Below are positions 1-12,370 of a stretch of DNA of 64,000 bases, in pieces; position 1 is the first letter of the stretch; every line of letters begins with the position of its first letter. Below the pieces are notes generated by a model. The model saw only the letters and a list, made by a program, of their open reading frames with translations, was not told where the DNA came from and made no database searches. Source of the stretch: Macrostomum lignano (lineage: Eukaryota); contig NIVC01001102.1 in the NCBI GenBank assembly GCA_002269645.1, positions 248,001 to 312,000 on the forward strand, in the 5' to 3' direction. The position numbers and the translations under genes are program-made.

Positions 1-1484
1 AAAACAATCTAAGCCATTAAAAATACCCTAGGGCAAATGTTGGCAACTAGTGGCAATTAGTCTCCAACTGGTATGCACCTTCCAGTGGGGCATCTGTAGG
101 TATTATATGGTTTCTATAAATGTTAGAAAAAATGTCAATGAATAAGTAAAAAAAATACTTTAAAGATTCCCCATAAAAACTTATATGAGCATATTTACCT
201 GATTAGACTAAGGTCCTATAGATATAACAGGTCAAATACAAAATCCCAACCAAACATTTCTAATTGTAGTGTCTTGTCATCCTTGCAGCATAGGTTTTCT
301 GCATAGAAAGCTATAGGAAGCTTTGGGCATAAGGTAGCAATTGACTCCTACTGGTATATAGCCAAGTTCACTAGAGGTGGACAATATAACATTTTTAGAC
401 TTTTGATAGAAATTTGGTCAAGATTGAATAGGCCTATTTAAGTTATACAATTCTATCTATTAATGCTAATATTAAAAAAAATTTAAATGTGTATAATGAT
501 AATAGTAGAATAAAAAACAATGATTATTTAGTATTTAGCTTATTAATAACTTCATATAGCTATATCAAATATAAATATCATAATATTATAGTCACAAATC
601 TTAAAGCTTTTTGTCTTGCAATCTCAAAACCAAGATTAAGATTGGGAAAAATGCCAAAATCTTGATGATTGATCAAGATCTTATCTAACCCCTAAAACCC
701 ACAAAATTCTATCTGACAAAATGGAAGACCCCACTCAGACTCTGACACTACTTGTGATAAATATTGGGATACAAAAAGAAATATTTATCAAATAGTCTGT
801 ACAACTTTATATTGTTTAATAAAAGTTATGTCTATGATGGCAAGATTTAGAAAATGTGCAATGTCCCAATTTATATGCAAAAGACTAATCTAATTGGCAG
901 TAGCCAGGTGGGCAGCAATGGCAACATAAAATGGCTCTACCTGGTATTGGCCATTTGAGATAATTCTAATTAGATGATTCCATGGTGGTGGAAAGTTGGC
1001 AAGGCCTTCAAAAAGCCACTTTGCCAAGACTTTGCCACTACTATCCATGTAGCTATTGTATACTGCTAGAGTACTAGCCAGAATGGTAGGCATCATAAAG
1101 GCCTTGCGCTTGCTGCCTTAAATGATAACCTTTTTGGTTCTGTTTTATGCACTTTGTTTGCACTGCTGTTTTGGCTGTGAATGCAATTTGAGCAAAAGCT
1201 TATGGGCCTTGGGTACATTGGGATGTTCAAAACCATTGGTACACAAACTGTGCTAGCATCAGGTTTACCATTAGCATCAGACCAGTTATGCCAGCACTTC
1301 CTTCATGTGTCTAACTTGGTATGTATTGTCATCGCACTAGATGTGGCAGTTTCAATCAGGCAATGTAGGCAGTAGAGAGTGTAGGTCCTCTACTTTTCTA
1401 GAGCTAGAAGACTTCATCCTTTTGGCATCTATGGTAGATCAATTAAACAAAAACCATTGATCTATGATTTATGTTTGGCATTAT

Positions 1485-1650
1485 AATAATAATAACTTAG
1501 CCCATTGGCATTGTCTGTATTTTCAAGATGCTTCCAAAGCAATGAGTTGTGTCTTGCTCAATTAGGACACAAATTGTTCTGAGTGGGTCGAGAATCGAAC
1601 CCCTAACTTTTTAGTGGTGAGTCCGATGCTCAAACGATTAGGCTACAACC
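1485..1650 (-). mobile_element. Degenerate copy of CORE-type tRNA-derived SINE (family B)
   Basis: Reverse complement reads gttgtagccta...tcggactcac...ggggttcgattc...aacaatttgtgtcc...gagcaagacac, matching the full copy at 48207-48520; (ATT)n tail near 1485. Confidence 0.7.
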
Positions 1651-1793
1651 CCCTCACTAGGCTAAAGGGGTTGTAACCTGGAAAAAACTTTATTGTACCA
1701 ACATGAATACAATAAAGCACTATCAATTATAGTATTTTGGCATTAAAATTCTGATCCCGCAATCAAAAACACTGCTGCTTGCTCCGCCACTGC

Positions 1794-2246
1794 ATGAACG
1801 CCCTACAAGACACAATCTCTCCAGAGGAGTTGAAGCGAACTCGCGACCGATTTGAACGCGAATTCCGCAGCGGTCAGCCAGTCTCAACTCCCACTCAGTT
1901 GGCTTACGCCGGCGCCTTGACTCGAACCAGCGACCATCGCTGTCTTAGACAAGCCTGCCAATTATTAGAGACACTGTATCGTCAGACTACCGACGAAATA
2001 GCCAGACGAGACTGTCTGTATTATCTATCGATTGCTAAAGCCAGACTGAAAGACTATGACGAAGCATTGACCTACATCGATGGCATACTCAAGGTTGAAC
2101 CGTCCAATGCTCAGGCTAGAAAACTCAAATTGGATATCGAAGCTGAACGACGTCGAGAAGGATTCATTGGCCTAGCACTGCTTGGTGGTGTGGCAGCTTT
2201 CGGTGTTAGTGTTGCTTTTGGCATTGCCCGACTCGCTAGGGGTTGA
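1794..2246 (+). CDS. FIS1: Mitochondrial fission 1 protein, single exon (first ATG at 1794)
   Basis: TPR-like core (TQLAYAGALTR...RDCLYYLSIAKARLKDYDEAL...EPSNAQA) and a C-terminal Gly-rich TM anchor with basic end (EGFIGLALLGGVAAFG...RLARG), collinear with known Fis1. Confidence 0.95.
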   Translation: MNALQDTISPEELKRTRDRFEREFRSGQPVSTPTQLAYAGALTRTSDHRCLRQACQLLETLYRQTTDEIARRDCLYYLSIAKARLKDYDEALTYIDGILKVEPSNAQARKLKLDIEAERRREGFIGLALLGGVAAFGVSVAFGIARLARG

Positions 2247-2349
2247 CATGTTTTCTTGTCTGGTTTAATTTATTGCAATTGGGGATAAGTTTAGCTCGGG
2301 AAATTTCCCGCCAAGTCTTGCCGAGTGACAGATTTTTTCACACTACTTT

Positions 2350-3155
2350 GAGTGAGACATCCGCTACAGAGTGGATGAGACACCAGTTACAGTAGGGTGA
2401 GACACCAGCTACAGTTGGGCTGAGACACCAGTTACTGATGGGGTGAGACACCAGCTACAGATGGGGTGAGACACCAGTTACTGATGGGGTGAGACACCAG
2501 CTACTGATGGGCTGAGACACCAGTTACTGATGGGCTGAGACACCACTTACAGATGGGGTGAGACACCAGTTACAGGTGGGGTGAGACACCAGTTACAGAT
2601 GGGGTGAGACACCAGTTACAGGTGGGGTGAGACACCAGTTACAGATGGGCTGAAACACGAGCTATAGATGGGGTGAGACACCAGTTACAGATGGGGTGAG
2701 ACACCAGTTACAGATGGGCTGAGACACGAGCTATAGATGGAGTGAGACACCAGTTACAGGTGGGGTGAGACACCAGTTACAGGTGGGGTGAGACACCAGT
2801 TACAGGTGGGGTGAGACACCAGTTACAGATGGGCTGAAACACGAGCTATAGATGGGGTGAGACACCAGTTACTGATGGGCTGAGACACCACTTACAGATG
2901 GGGTGAGACACCAGCTACAGATGGGGTGAGACACGAGCTATAGATGGGGTGAGACACCAGCTATAGATAGGGTGAGACACCAGCTACAGCTGATGGAGTG
3001 AGACACCAGCTACGGCTGATGGAGTGAGACACCAGCTACAGATGGGGTGAGACACCAGCTACAGATGGGCTGAGACACCACTTACAGATGGGCTGAGACA
3101 CGAGCTATAGATGGGGTGAGACACCACTTACAGATGGGGTGAGACACCAGCTACA
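2350..3155. repeat. 23-bp minisatellite (GAGACACCAGTTACAGATGGGGT), about 35 units
   Basis: Directly visible tandem units just 3' of FIS1. Confidence 0.95.
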
Positions 3156-3907
3156 CAGTCTACAGAGATAGCCGACATTGATAATCAGGGAAATCTTCCT
3201 GGTAAAAATACTCGTGTTAACAGAGCAGTTTAATCCGCAGATATCTCAACTTTCTTTCAGCTCAGCAAAGTTTTTATGAAAGACGATTTTTTTCCTTAGT
3301 TAACTACGAATAACGGAAGGACTGTAATATTTCAAATTGTCTAAAGTAGTGCGATTATGACAAAGTAAGTAACATTGCCCGAAAGTAATGTTCACCTTTA
3401 TTAAGTATACTTTATTACTTGATAATAATGGTGATTACCTCCAATCTATAGCTAAATAAGAGACCATATTCGATTTTAATTCTTATTATCTCATTTCATT
3501 TGCTAATAAAAAATCTTGCATTGCTACTGATAAGTAATAAAAGTAGTCCGGTGTGCAAAAAAGCAAAGATAAGGATTAGTTTATTATTAGAGTCCAGATT
3601 TCTCTTATCTACAATTTTAGTAAAGCAGTGGTATGAAGCACTTTATTTAATACTTTAAGTAGTTAAATGCGCCTGCTAGATATGCGACTTTTAAAGAGTA
3701 TTTATAAATTCTTCATTGCATTAATAAGCACATAAAAGTACATTAGCAAAATTGTGTTTGTTTTTCACCTGAGTTCTTGCGTTTTTTATTTTGAAAATAT
3801 TGGTAATGTGTAGTTGGTAGTTTGCAGTGCTTAACTTGTAGCTTCTCTGTAGCTTGTAGATTTGTCTTTGTGTGGATCTTCTATCAGCTAAATACCGAAA
3901 TCTCTAT

Positions 3908-4292
3908 TAGATAATCGTGTAGATCTACTAGATTATCATTTAGATCTACTGGATTATCATTTAGATCTACTGGATTATCCTGTTAGATCTATTAGATTGT
4001 TCTTTAGATCTACTAGATTATCCGGTTGATCTACTAGGTTATCCCTTAGATCTACTAGGTTATCCTTTAGATCTACTAGGTTATCCTTTAGATCTACTAG
4101 ATTATCCGGTTGATCTACTAGGTTATCCCTTAGATCTACTAGGTTATCCTTTAGATCTACTAGATTATCCGGTTGATCTACTAGGTTATCCTTTAGATCG
4201 ACTAGGTCATTCTTTAGATTTACTAGGTTATCCTTTAGATCTACTAAGTTATTCTTTAGATCTACTAGAACATCCTGTAGATCTTTTAGATT
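3908..4292. repeat. 21-bp minisatellite (TAGATCTACTAGGTTATCCTT), about 18 units
   Basis: Visible tandem units; explains the spurious NLVDLKD ORF 3975..4295. Confidence 0.95.
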
Positions 4293-4427
4293 CAAATCCT
4301 ATAAAGTTAGTTTTACCTAATAAGCCCACAATGATTAACTAATAACAGTTGTATATTGCATTGTATACTTGAACTAACATCCCCCAACCATAAAATCCCA
4401 CTGTAATCCACCCCAATAGCAGTGGTA

Positions 4428-6181
4428 ATGTTAAAATTACTCAATTTCTCTGACTATCTTCGCGGCTGGATCGGAGCAATTGGTTTAATCTCCGTTATTA
4501 ACGGAGCCCAGGCTGTCTGGAATCCAGACTTATTGGCAAGAAATGTGTACACTGGGAATCCGCAGTCCGTTACACGTCTGGCATCCAGACAGTTTGCCTT
4601 GTGGACAATGTTCTGCGGATTAGTGCGACTGGTGTTCTGTGCTAATCCCGACGATTCCTGCATTCGCCTGTTAACTGTTACAACTTTTCTAATGACTTTG
4701 CTACATTTTCTCGGCGAGATATACGTTTGGGGCACCAGTGTGTGGACTTTTGGAGTCATATCGCCTTGCTGTATTGCAGGTATGTATTGGTACTTATTGG
4801 TGATTATTTGCGTTTGCGTCTTTAGAATCGTTTTAGAGTCTTTAAACTTTGGGTTCTACAATCGGGACTTTGGGTTCTTCAATCGGGACTTTGGGTTCTT
4901 CAATCGGGACTTTGAGCTCTTTAATCGGGACTTTGGATTCTTCAATTGGGACTTTGGATTCTTCAATCGGGACTTTGGGTTCTTCAATCGGGACTTTGAG
5001 CTCTTTAATCGGGACTTTGGATTCTTCAATTGGGACTTTGGATTCTTCAATCGGGACTTTGGGTTCTTCAATCGGGACTTTGGGTTCATCAATCGGGACT
5101 TTGGGCTATTCAATCGGGACTTTGAATTCTTCAATCGGGACTTTGGGCTCTTCAATCGCGACTTCTGATTCTTCAATTGGGACTTTGGGTTCTTAAATCG
5201 GAACTTTGGGTTCATCAATCGGGACTTTGGGTTTATCAATCGGGACTTTGAGCTGTTTAATCGGGACTTTGGATTCTTCAATTGGGACTTTGGGTTCTTC
5301 AATCAAGACTTTGGGTTCATCAATCGGGACTTTGGATTCTTCAATCGGGACTTTGGGTTCATCAATCGGGACTTTGGATTCTTCAATCGGGACTTTGGGT
5401 TCATCAATCGGGACTTTGGGTTCTTCAATCGGGCCTTGGCTTTTTCTTGTGCAAAACATGTGCGTGAAACCTTCCTTCCAATTCGCAGGCATCTCTCTCT
5501 TGCTATTCGCCTTTGAATCCCTGACTAAGGGCTCTCGCGGATCAGCAGACGACAGCCTCAACGATGGCGAAGGCGGCAGTCGAAAGATGCGCCTGGAGAG
5601 AATGATGATGCAGTCTGGGGCTGCTCCAAATCGGGGTGAGTCGCCCCTAAACCGGTTAAGAATCGCCCCTAAACCAGCCTAAGAATCGCCCCTAAACAAG
5701 TTAAGAATCGCCCCTAAACCAGCTTAAGAATCGCCCCTAAACCAGCCTAAGAATCGCCCCTAAACCAGCTTAAGAATCGCCCCTAAACCAGCTAAAGAAT
5801 CGCCCCTAAACCAGCTTAAGAATCGCCCCTAAACCAGCTTAGGAATCGCCCCTAAATCAGCTAAGAATCGCCCCTAGCTCGTAAACCAGCTAAAGAATCG
5901 CCCCTAAACCAGCTTAAGAATCGCCCCTAAACCAGCTTAAGAATCGCCCCTAAACCAGCTAAAGAATCGCCCCTAAACCAGCTAAAGAATCGCCCCTAAA
6001 CCAGCTAAAGAATCGCCCCTAAACCAGCTTAAGAATCGCCCCTAAACCAGCTAAAGAATCGCCCCTAAACCAGCTAAAGAATCGCCCTAAACCAACCTAA
6101 GAATCGCCCCTAAACCAGCTAAAGAATCGCCCCTAAACCAGCCCCTAATTTTACTCTTCAGACAGTCGCAAGAATCTGTGA
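4428..6181 (+). CDS. ERG28: Ergosterol biosynthesis 28 homolog; exons 4428-4779, 5489-5635, 6162-6181 (about 172 aa)
   Basis: LRGWI...VYTGNPQSVTRLASRQFALWT...HFLGEIYVWGT...GVISP matches the Erg28 family. Phase-1 donors (g|gtatgt, g|gtgagt) and acceptors (ttcgcag, ctcttcag) are consistent. The third exon is the least certain. Confidence 0.9.
4845..5435. repeat. 21-bp minisatellite (TTCAATCGGGACTTTGGGTTC) filling ERG28 intron 1
   Basis: Visible tandem units between the donor at 4780 and the acceptor at 5488. Confidence 0.95.
5640..6145. repeat. 22-23-bp minisatellite (AAGAATCGCCCCTAAACCAGCTT) filling ERG28 intron 2
   Basis: Visible tandem units starting a few bases after the GTGAGT donor. Confidence 0.95.
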
Positions 6182-6589
6182 AGACCAACTGTGCTACTGA
6201 TAGTAGCACGGTGACGCGCAGCCTACAACTATCGTTTTATTACATTTAACAGCTGCAACAGTATCGTGAAAATCTAAACTCAAAATAGTGTTTTGTCATT
6301 GTTATTTAACACTTTTATCATTCAATATCTAAAGCTTTTTTATTGAAGAAAATTGTTGTATTTACTTTTGTGTGTAATATTTATTAAATTTTGAACAAAC
6401 AATTGAGTCGATTACGATTGCCCTAAATTTGACGTTCGTTTGTTTTGATAGATTTTGTGTGTTTTATCTCCAATACTATGCTAGATCAATTGTCTCATCC
6501 AGTACATGTAAGATTTATTTCAAATGCCTAGTCTAAATAACTGTCGTTTTCTCAGTTTAATTTTTGTTTCAAATTAAGATTATTGATTT

Positions 6590-7735
6590 TGGTATCGAAA
6601 TCGGTAGATTTTGAATCAGAATCGGTAGATTTGAAAGTCAGAATTGGTAGATTTGGGAGTCAGAATCGGTAGATTTGAGAGACCAGATTTGGTAGATTTG
6701 AGAGACAGAATCGGTAGATTTGAGAGACCAGATTTGGTAGATTTGGGAGTCAGAATCGGTAGATTTGAGAGACCAGATTTGGTAGATTTGGGAGTCAGAA
6801 TCGGTAGATTTGAGAGTCAGAATCGGTAGATTTGAGAGTCAGAATCGGTAGATTTGAGAGTCAGAATCGTAGATTTGAGAGTCAGAATCGTAGATTTGAG
6901 AGTCAGAATCGGTAGATTTGAGAGTCAGAATTGGTAGATTTGAGAGTCAGAATCGGTAGATTTGAGAGTCAGAATTGGTAGATTTGAGAGTCAGAATCGG
7001 TAGATTTGAGAGTCAGAATCGGTAGATTTGAGAGTCAGAATTGGTAGATTTGAGAGTCAGAATCGGTAGATTTGAGAGTCAGAATCGGTAGATTTGAGAG
7101 TCAGAATCGTAGATTTGAGAGTCAGAATCGTAGATTTGAGAGTCAGAATCGGTAAATTTGAGAGTCAGAATCGTAGATTTGAGAGTCAGAATCGTAGATT
7201 TGAGAGTCAGAATTGGTAGATTTGAGAGTCAGAATCGGTAGATTTGAGAGTCAGAATTGGTAGATTTGAGAGTCAGAATTGGTAGATTTGAGAGTCAGAA
7301 TTGGTAGATTTGAGAGTCAGAATTGGTAGATTTGAGAGTCAGAATTGGTAGATTTGAGAGTCAGAATCGGTAGATTTGAGAGTCAGAATCGTAGATTTGA
7401 GAGTCAGAATTGGTAGATTTGAGAGTCAGAATTGGTAGATTTGAGAGTCAGAATTGGTAGATTTGAGAGTCAGAATTGGTAGATTTGAGAGTCAGAATCG
7501 GTAGATTTGAGAGTCAGAATCGGTAGATTTGAGAGTCAGAATCGGTAGATTTGAGAGTCAGAATCGGTAGATTTGAGAGTCAGAATCGGTAGGTTTGAGA
7601 GTCAGAATCGTTGATTTGAGAGTCAGAATTGGTAGATTTGGGAGTCAGAATCGGTAGATTTGAAAGACAAGATATGGTAGATTTGCGATAAGAATATCTA
7701 TAGATTGAGAACTTGATTGGGTAGATTTGAAAGCA
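6590..7735. repeat. 22-bp minisatellite (GAGAGTCAGAATCGGTAGATTT), about 50 units
   Basis: Visible tandem units with degenerate edges. Confidence 0.95.
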
Positions 7736-9009
7736 AAATCGGCAGCTTCGGCAGCATACTTAGTAAAATAGTTGTGAGAAGATCATAGTGGAAGCGTCGG
7801 TATGTACAAATTTGTACATTATAGCTTTTTTCTAATTAATCTTGCCTGCTTTGATGTTCTTTGCAAAAAATTGATGTCAAAAGAAAATTTGTGATATTAT
7901 TTGTGTTTTAAGCGTTGGTTTGCTTAACCATAGTGAAAGCATGTGCCCTTTTCTGGCCTTTCAAACTGCAGTTGCAGATTTTAGAGTCCTTTTTTTCTCT
8001 GATTCATTTATTGAAACTATCTGCTTTTATAAAAGGATCTGCAAACTTAAATATCTCACTCGGAGAGAAATTCTTAGATATTCTGATCTAAAAATGAATG
8101 AATCTCTGTCTTAAATACATTAAAAGAAATTATTGCATTAAGCTTTTCAGTAAAGCATATAATGATTTATGAAGTGTTTATAATCGTTTACTTTTGGAAA
8201 ATGCTGTTTTTTTACAGAGCCCATGGGGTGTGGGATCGAGTTAATGCAGTGTGCGATAAGCTTAGAATCCATCTATAGAATCCTAGCCATTAACAACTGC
8301 TAGAAATACTGTACCTCTTCCACTTCAAGTGTGTCAAAACTAACTTCAAATCTGTCATTGGCTATCTATTTTTATACTTTCAGTTGGACTTTCAAATTAG
8401 ACAAAGTGAACTTCGATTTAGACCATCAGATATACGTTTTATACAGCGGATATTCAATTCAATCAAGACTTAACAGTTAACAGTTCCTCATTGAGAGCTC
8501 TAAATTCTATGGTCTAAATTCTAGTTCTGAGGTAATTCAGTTCAGACACACTCATCTAAGCCCTTCAGACCTTTGTGCTTCCTGTCACCTCTGGAAATGA
8601 TACGGTACAGGTAGTAACACAATTGAACACGATTTCAGATAAGGTTTACAGTGCAAGAGTAATAATTATTATGCTCGTAAAATTTTGACTAAACTATTAG
8701 ACAAAAAATCGAAATATTTGAAAATCAAGATTCGATTCGGATGCAAGTCTTTCCCTAAAGGCTGGCCTGGCCTACTGTGCTAGCTCGTAAGCTTTTATCT
8801 AAACCGCGCAATTGCCGAAACAATGCTTCAAGACGTCCAACGCCGAGAAACGTTTCGCTGGTAAGACTACATTGCGGTCGGGCGTGGAAGTCAAGTTATT
8901 GGCCAGAGTGGAATCGCACGCTTTCAATGCGCGGAACGTTGCGTATTGTCGATCGGTAGATAGAAAATAAGGCAACAAGGGTCAGACGGCAAAAATGCAG
9001 TTTTACCCA

Positions 9010-9760
9010 TAATAACAACAACAACAGAATATGTAGTCAGCGTCACAAGGTGCGCTTCAAGGCCAGGTCGCGAACGAACGCCACGCCGCCGGCCGAATCC
9101 GGGGCGCCGGCGTCAGCCAGCAGACAGTCGACGAAACGCCGAGTGCGTGCCTGCACCGACTCTGGGCAGTACGACTCGGCGCGGATGATGTGGCCTGCCA
9201 GCTGGAGTCGCCGACGGCGCAGCAGGTCGCTTGGACGGACCAGGCCGGCGCGGCGATACAAAGCCGCGTTGCTCACTCGGCCACTCGCTCGTGACCGATC
9301 TTGAAGGCGGCGCGCAGCAGGCCAGCGTGCGCCGCCGCATCAACTTGTTGCTCAAGCGACTCCGTCAGGGTCCAGGTCTCGGCGTTGTACAGCAGGACGG
9401 TCTCGATCACCGCCTGGATCAACGCCGCCTTCTGGCGGTCAGGTAAAGCCTCGGACTGCAGGACTGCCCTCACGCGAAAGGCAGCCCAGGCAAGCCCGTG
9501 GCGACGCCGCAACTCCTCGCTGACGCCGGCAACCAGACCGCCGAGGAAGACAAACTGCTGACAACGCGGAAGAGCTCTGTCGCCTGTCCATCAGCGCCTC
9601 GGCACAAAATCGCAGCCTCAATGTCGTCTGGCTCGCAGAGCACGACGGTATTCTGTGTGTTGACCGCCAGGCCGACACTAGCCGCAACAGCAACTAGCTT
9701 GTCCAGTTGTCGCTGGGCGCCCTCGACAGTTGAGGACAGCAGGGCGGCACGCTGAGCCGC
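9010..9760 (-). mobile_element. 5'-truncated, frameshifted RTE-like non-LTR retrotransposon
   Basis: Fragments AALLSSTVEGAQRQLDKL..VGLAVNTQNT (just after YADD), AVIETVLLYNAETWTLT and NAALY...LRRRRLQLAGHIIR are typical RTE RT C-terminus; short (TTG)n tail near 9015. Confidence 0.85.
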
Positions 9761-10199
9761 CTCTCCGGTTGACGTCGACCCACGCGTCGCCGCAATTTAC
9801 TTATGGTCATTGAAAACTATATCCATAAGCAGGTTGGTGGGTGGCTGGCATGCCGATCACTAATCTCGTTTGTACTGGACCCGCAGCGCGCTCTCGGGGC
9901 CTGGCCTAAATCTCGCTTTGCCACGAGGCCGCCTCTGATTCGTCCGCTGATTTAAGCCAAGATTAACTTGGTGGGTGTAGGCCGCGTTGACCCCTCCGCT
10001 GGGCCAAGCTGGTTTCTGAAATGGCATTTTATTGTTTTAAACTTATTTCTAAATTAAAATTAACTCTAGTCTGACTCTACGCACTATATGAGGGGTGTCT
10101 AAGAACTTTTTAGACGCACTAAGGTAGAAAATAAAAAATATCAAATAAGAAAAGTATATAACAATTTCGCGTAACATGCTCACACTACACTCAAGTTTG

Positions 10200-12130
10200 G
10201 GTTCCTCATCGACCTGAACTCAGTGCATACAGGGTCTAGACGGCTTTTTCGTGCAGACCTCAGTCCTTTAAGCGCGCTGGTTCCCCAAAGCAATTCGCCA
10301 CCACGCAGCTGGAGCCGACCACACCACTCGCAAAATTCCCCCCGAGTACTTGAGGCGCCAAAATTACAATGCACCGAGCTAGATGCCACATCAGTGCGCC
10401 ACCACATCGAAACGACTGGTGAAGCTATATTCTTTTGACCACGACCGCTGTCTACAGCCATATTCGCCTTAGAAAAGAGAATTCGATAAACTTTTACGAT
10501 TCGGGATTGTCCGCCCCTCTAACAGTCTCGGTGCCTCCCCGCTGCACGTGGTGAAAAAGAAGGCCGGCTCCTGGCGAATATGTCGGATTACCGGGCATTC
10601 AACGCAGCAAAAAAACGACCGCTATCCAATTCCAAACATCAATCATTTTCACCATCATAGAGTATACACGGAGCACGTTCGGGTCGTTTGAATACCTTCG
10701 AAAGCCATTGACCTCCGGAATGCCGCTAGTACAAGCTACGTTTCAACGGTACGTAGACTCCGTCTTCCACAATCTCCCGTTCGCAACGTTGTACATCAAT
10801 GACGTCCTGGTACACAGCGCACCAATCACAAAAAGAGCACCAGGTGCACATCGAAGCGGTGATGCGACGTCTCAGTGGCCACGGCGTGGGTGTAAATTCT
10901 GAAAAGTGCCGCTTTTTCCGCGACTCTGTGGAATTTCTGTGCTACCTCGTCGCTGCCGACGGTATTAGGCCGCTACGCTCGTACCGGACTGCGTCAAAGC
11001 TCTACGACAAACTTAAGGCTCCCACTGACTATAAATCATTGCAGCGTTTCCTCGCGATTTTTGGTTTTTACCAGCAGTGCATCCCAAGCGACAGCTTCTC
11101 ACTGCGCCCTTAATTTGGACGAGTCTACACGAAAGCGCTTGAGAGGCACTTCAAGACAGCCTTGCGAATGGAGTCACGCTTGCGTTCCCACACCCTAACG
11201 CCACGTTCACGATCAAAACCGATGCAGGTGCAATCGGAGCAGCGTTGCATCAAGTGGGGGCTAGGCAGTCTTCACCATTGGCTTTCTACTCGCGCAAGCT
11301 ATCCGCCATAGAAGCGGCTTATGGCACATTTGATCGCCAGTTATCTGTCATCATCAAGTTTGTGAGCGACATCATCCACATTCCGGGAAAGACAAGGTCG
11401 TAGCCGACGCGCTATGAAGACCGGTCCGCCCCACCCAAGATCATTGGCATCAAGGACTGCCCGCTGCAGTGTGAAATCTATATCTGACAAAACCACACCC
11501 GTCGTCCCTAATTAGCTCTTCGGTGCGCGGTGTTCGACTCTGCATCTGTTTGCACACCCTGGCAGCAAAGCCACTCGGCGACTCAGTATCTATCGTTTCT
11601 TTTGGCCGTGCATAGCTACCAACATCCAGAAATGGGTGTCCGAGTGTCAGCTGTGTCAGCAGTCCAAGACAGGTCGTCACGTCCAATTCCCGCTGCAACA
11701 GCTTCCGACGCCCTCTGAACGCTTCACGACAGTCCATATATCGACCTCGTTGTACTGCTCCCGCCTCCAGATTCAGCCGACGTCCGTCCAAGACCCCGCT
11801 AGTTGCTCACGATGGTCGACGCCTATTCGCGCTGGATTGAAGCCACGCAGAAGACGCGTCTTCCTAGACCCCTGTATTTCACGGTTACGCCCGCCACTGA
11901 CGCTGGTGAGTGACCACGTCTTGCAGTTCCGTGGAGCTAATGCAGAACTTGACGACACTGCTCGGCATACATCACATCAGCACACCCTCGCGACAACGTT
12001 ATAGTCGAACTATAGCCCATCGGACGCTTAGGCTGGCCTGAAAGCGCGAGGAAAGAACTGGCTACAGCAACTGCCCATTTTTCTTCTCGGAATTCGCTTT
12101 TGAACTGACGACTCAAGCACACCCCATTTC
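10200..12130 (+). mobile_element. Decayed Ty3/Gypsy pol relic (RT-RNaseH-integrase)
   Basis: Broken frames give SPLHVVKKKAGSWR, ATFQRYVDSVFHNLPFATLYINDVLV, EKCRFFRDSVEFL, TDAGAIGAAL..AFYSRKLS and ECQLCQQSK..PSERFTTVHI in Gypsy order, with many indels and stops. LTRs not identified. Confidence 0.88.
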
Positions 12131-12199
12131 TCCTACTTGACAGGAGAGCTACCGTTGGTACCACTAGTTTTCACTGATGACTGATCACTCAAGGAACTC

Positions 12200-12370
12200 T
12201 CGACAGGCATGCATCAGCTGTATACAATAGACATCAAAGGAAACCGTACAGTCGAATGGAAATACGTCGCAAATGCGTTGTTTGTTCGACAGTTTACAAT
12301 CTTAAAGAACAAACCGCACTTATCACTACATTTGCAAAATAAAAACGCTTTCTACCAGGGTGTAGCCGAA
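12200..12370 (+). mobile_element. Possible piggyBac transposase C-terminal Cys-rich relic
   Basis: RRKCVVCS then, after a frameshift, HLSLHLQNKNAFY loosely resembles the piggyBac terminal zinc ribbon. Weak. Confidence 0.25.

Noticed and set aside
890-1428. Degenerate ORF rescued by reverting stop codons
   Set aside because: Every stop codon is one C-to-T from a sense codon, so this is not evidence; no family was recognised.
3975-5561. Repetitive ORFs (NLVDLKD, FNRDFGF, SSIGTLG, KNPKSRL)
   Set aside because: Translations of 21-bp arrays that are open in several frames by arithmetic; the ERG28 reading is better explained by splicing.
1794-6181. FIS1-ERG28 as a trans-spliced operon
   Set aside because: Same orientation and an AG just upstream of the ERG28 ATG are the only hints; this cannot be supported without spliced-leader transcript data.
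8640-8990. ORF 8777..8959 or a possible first exon MLQDVQRRETFR with GTAAG donor
   Set aside because: No recognisable homology and no downstream exon found.
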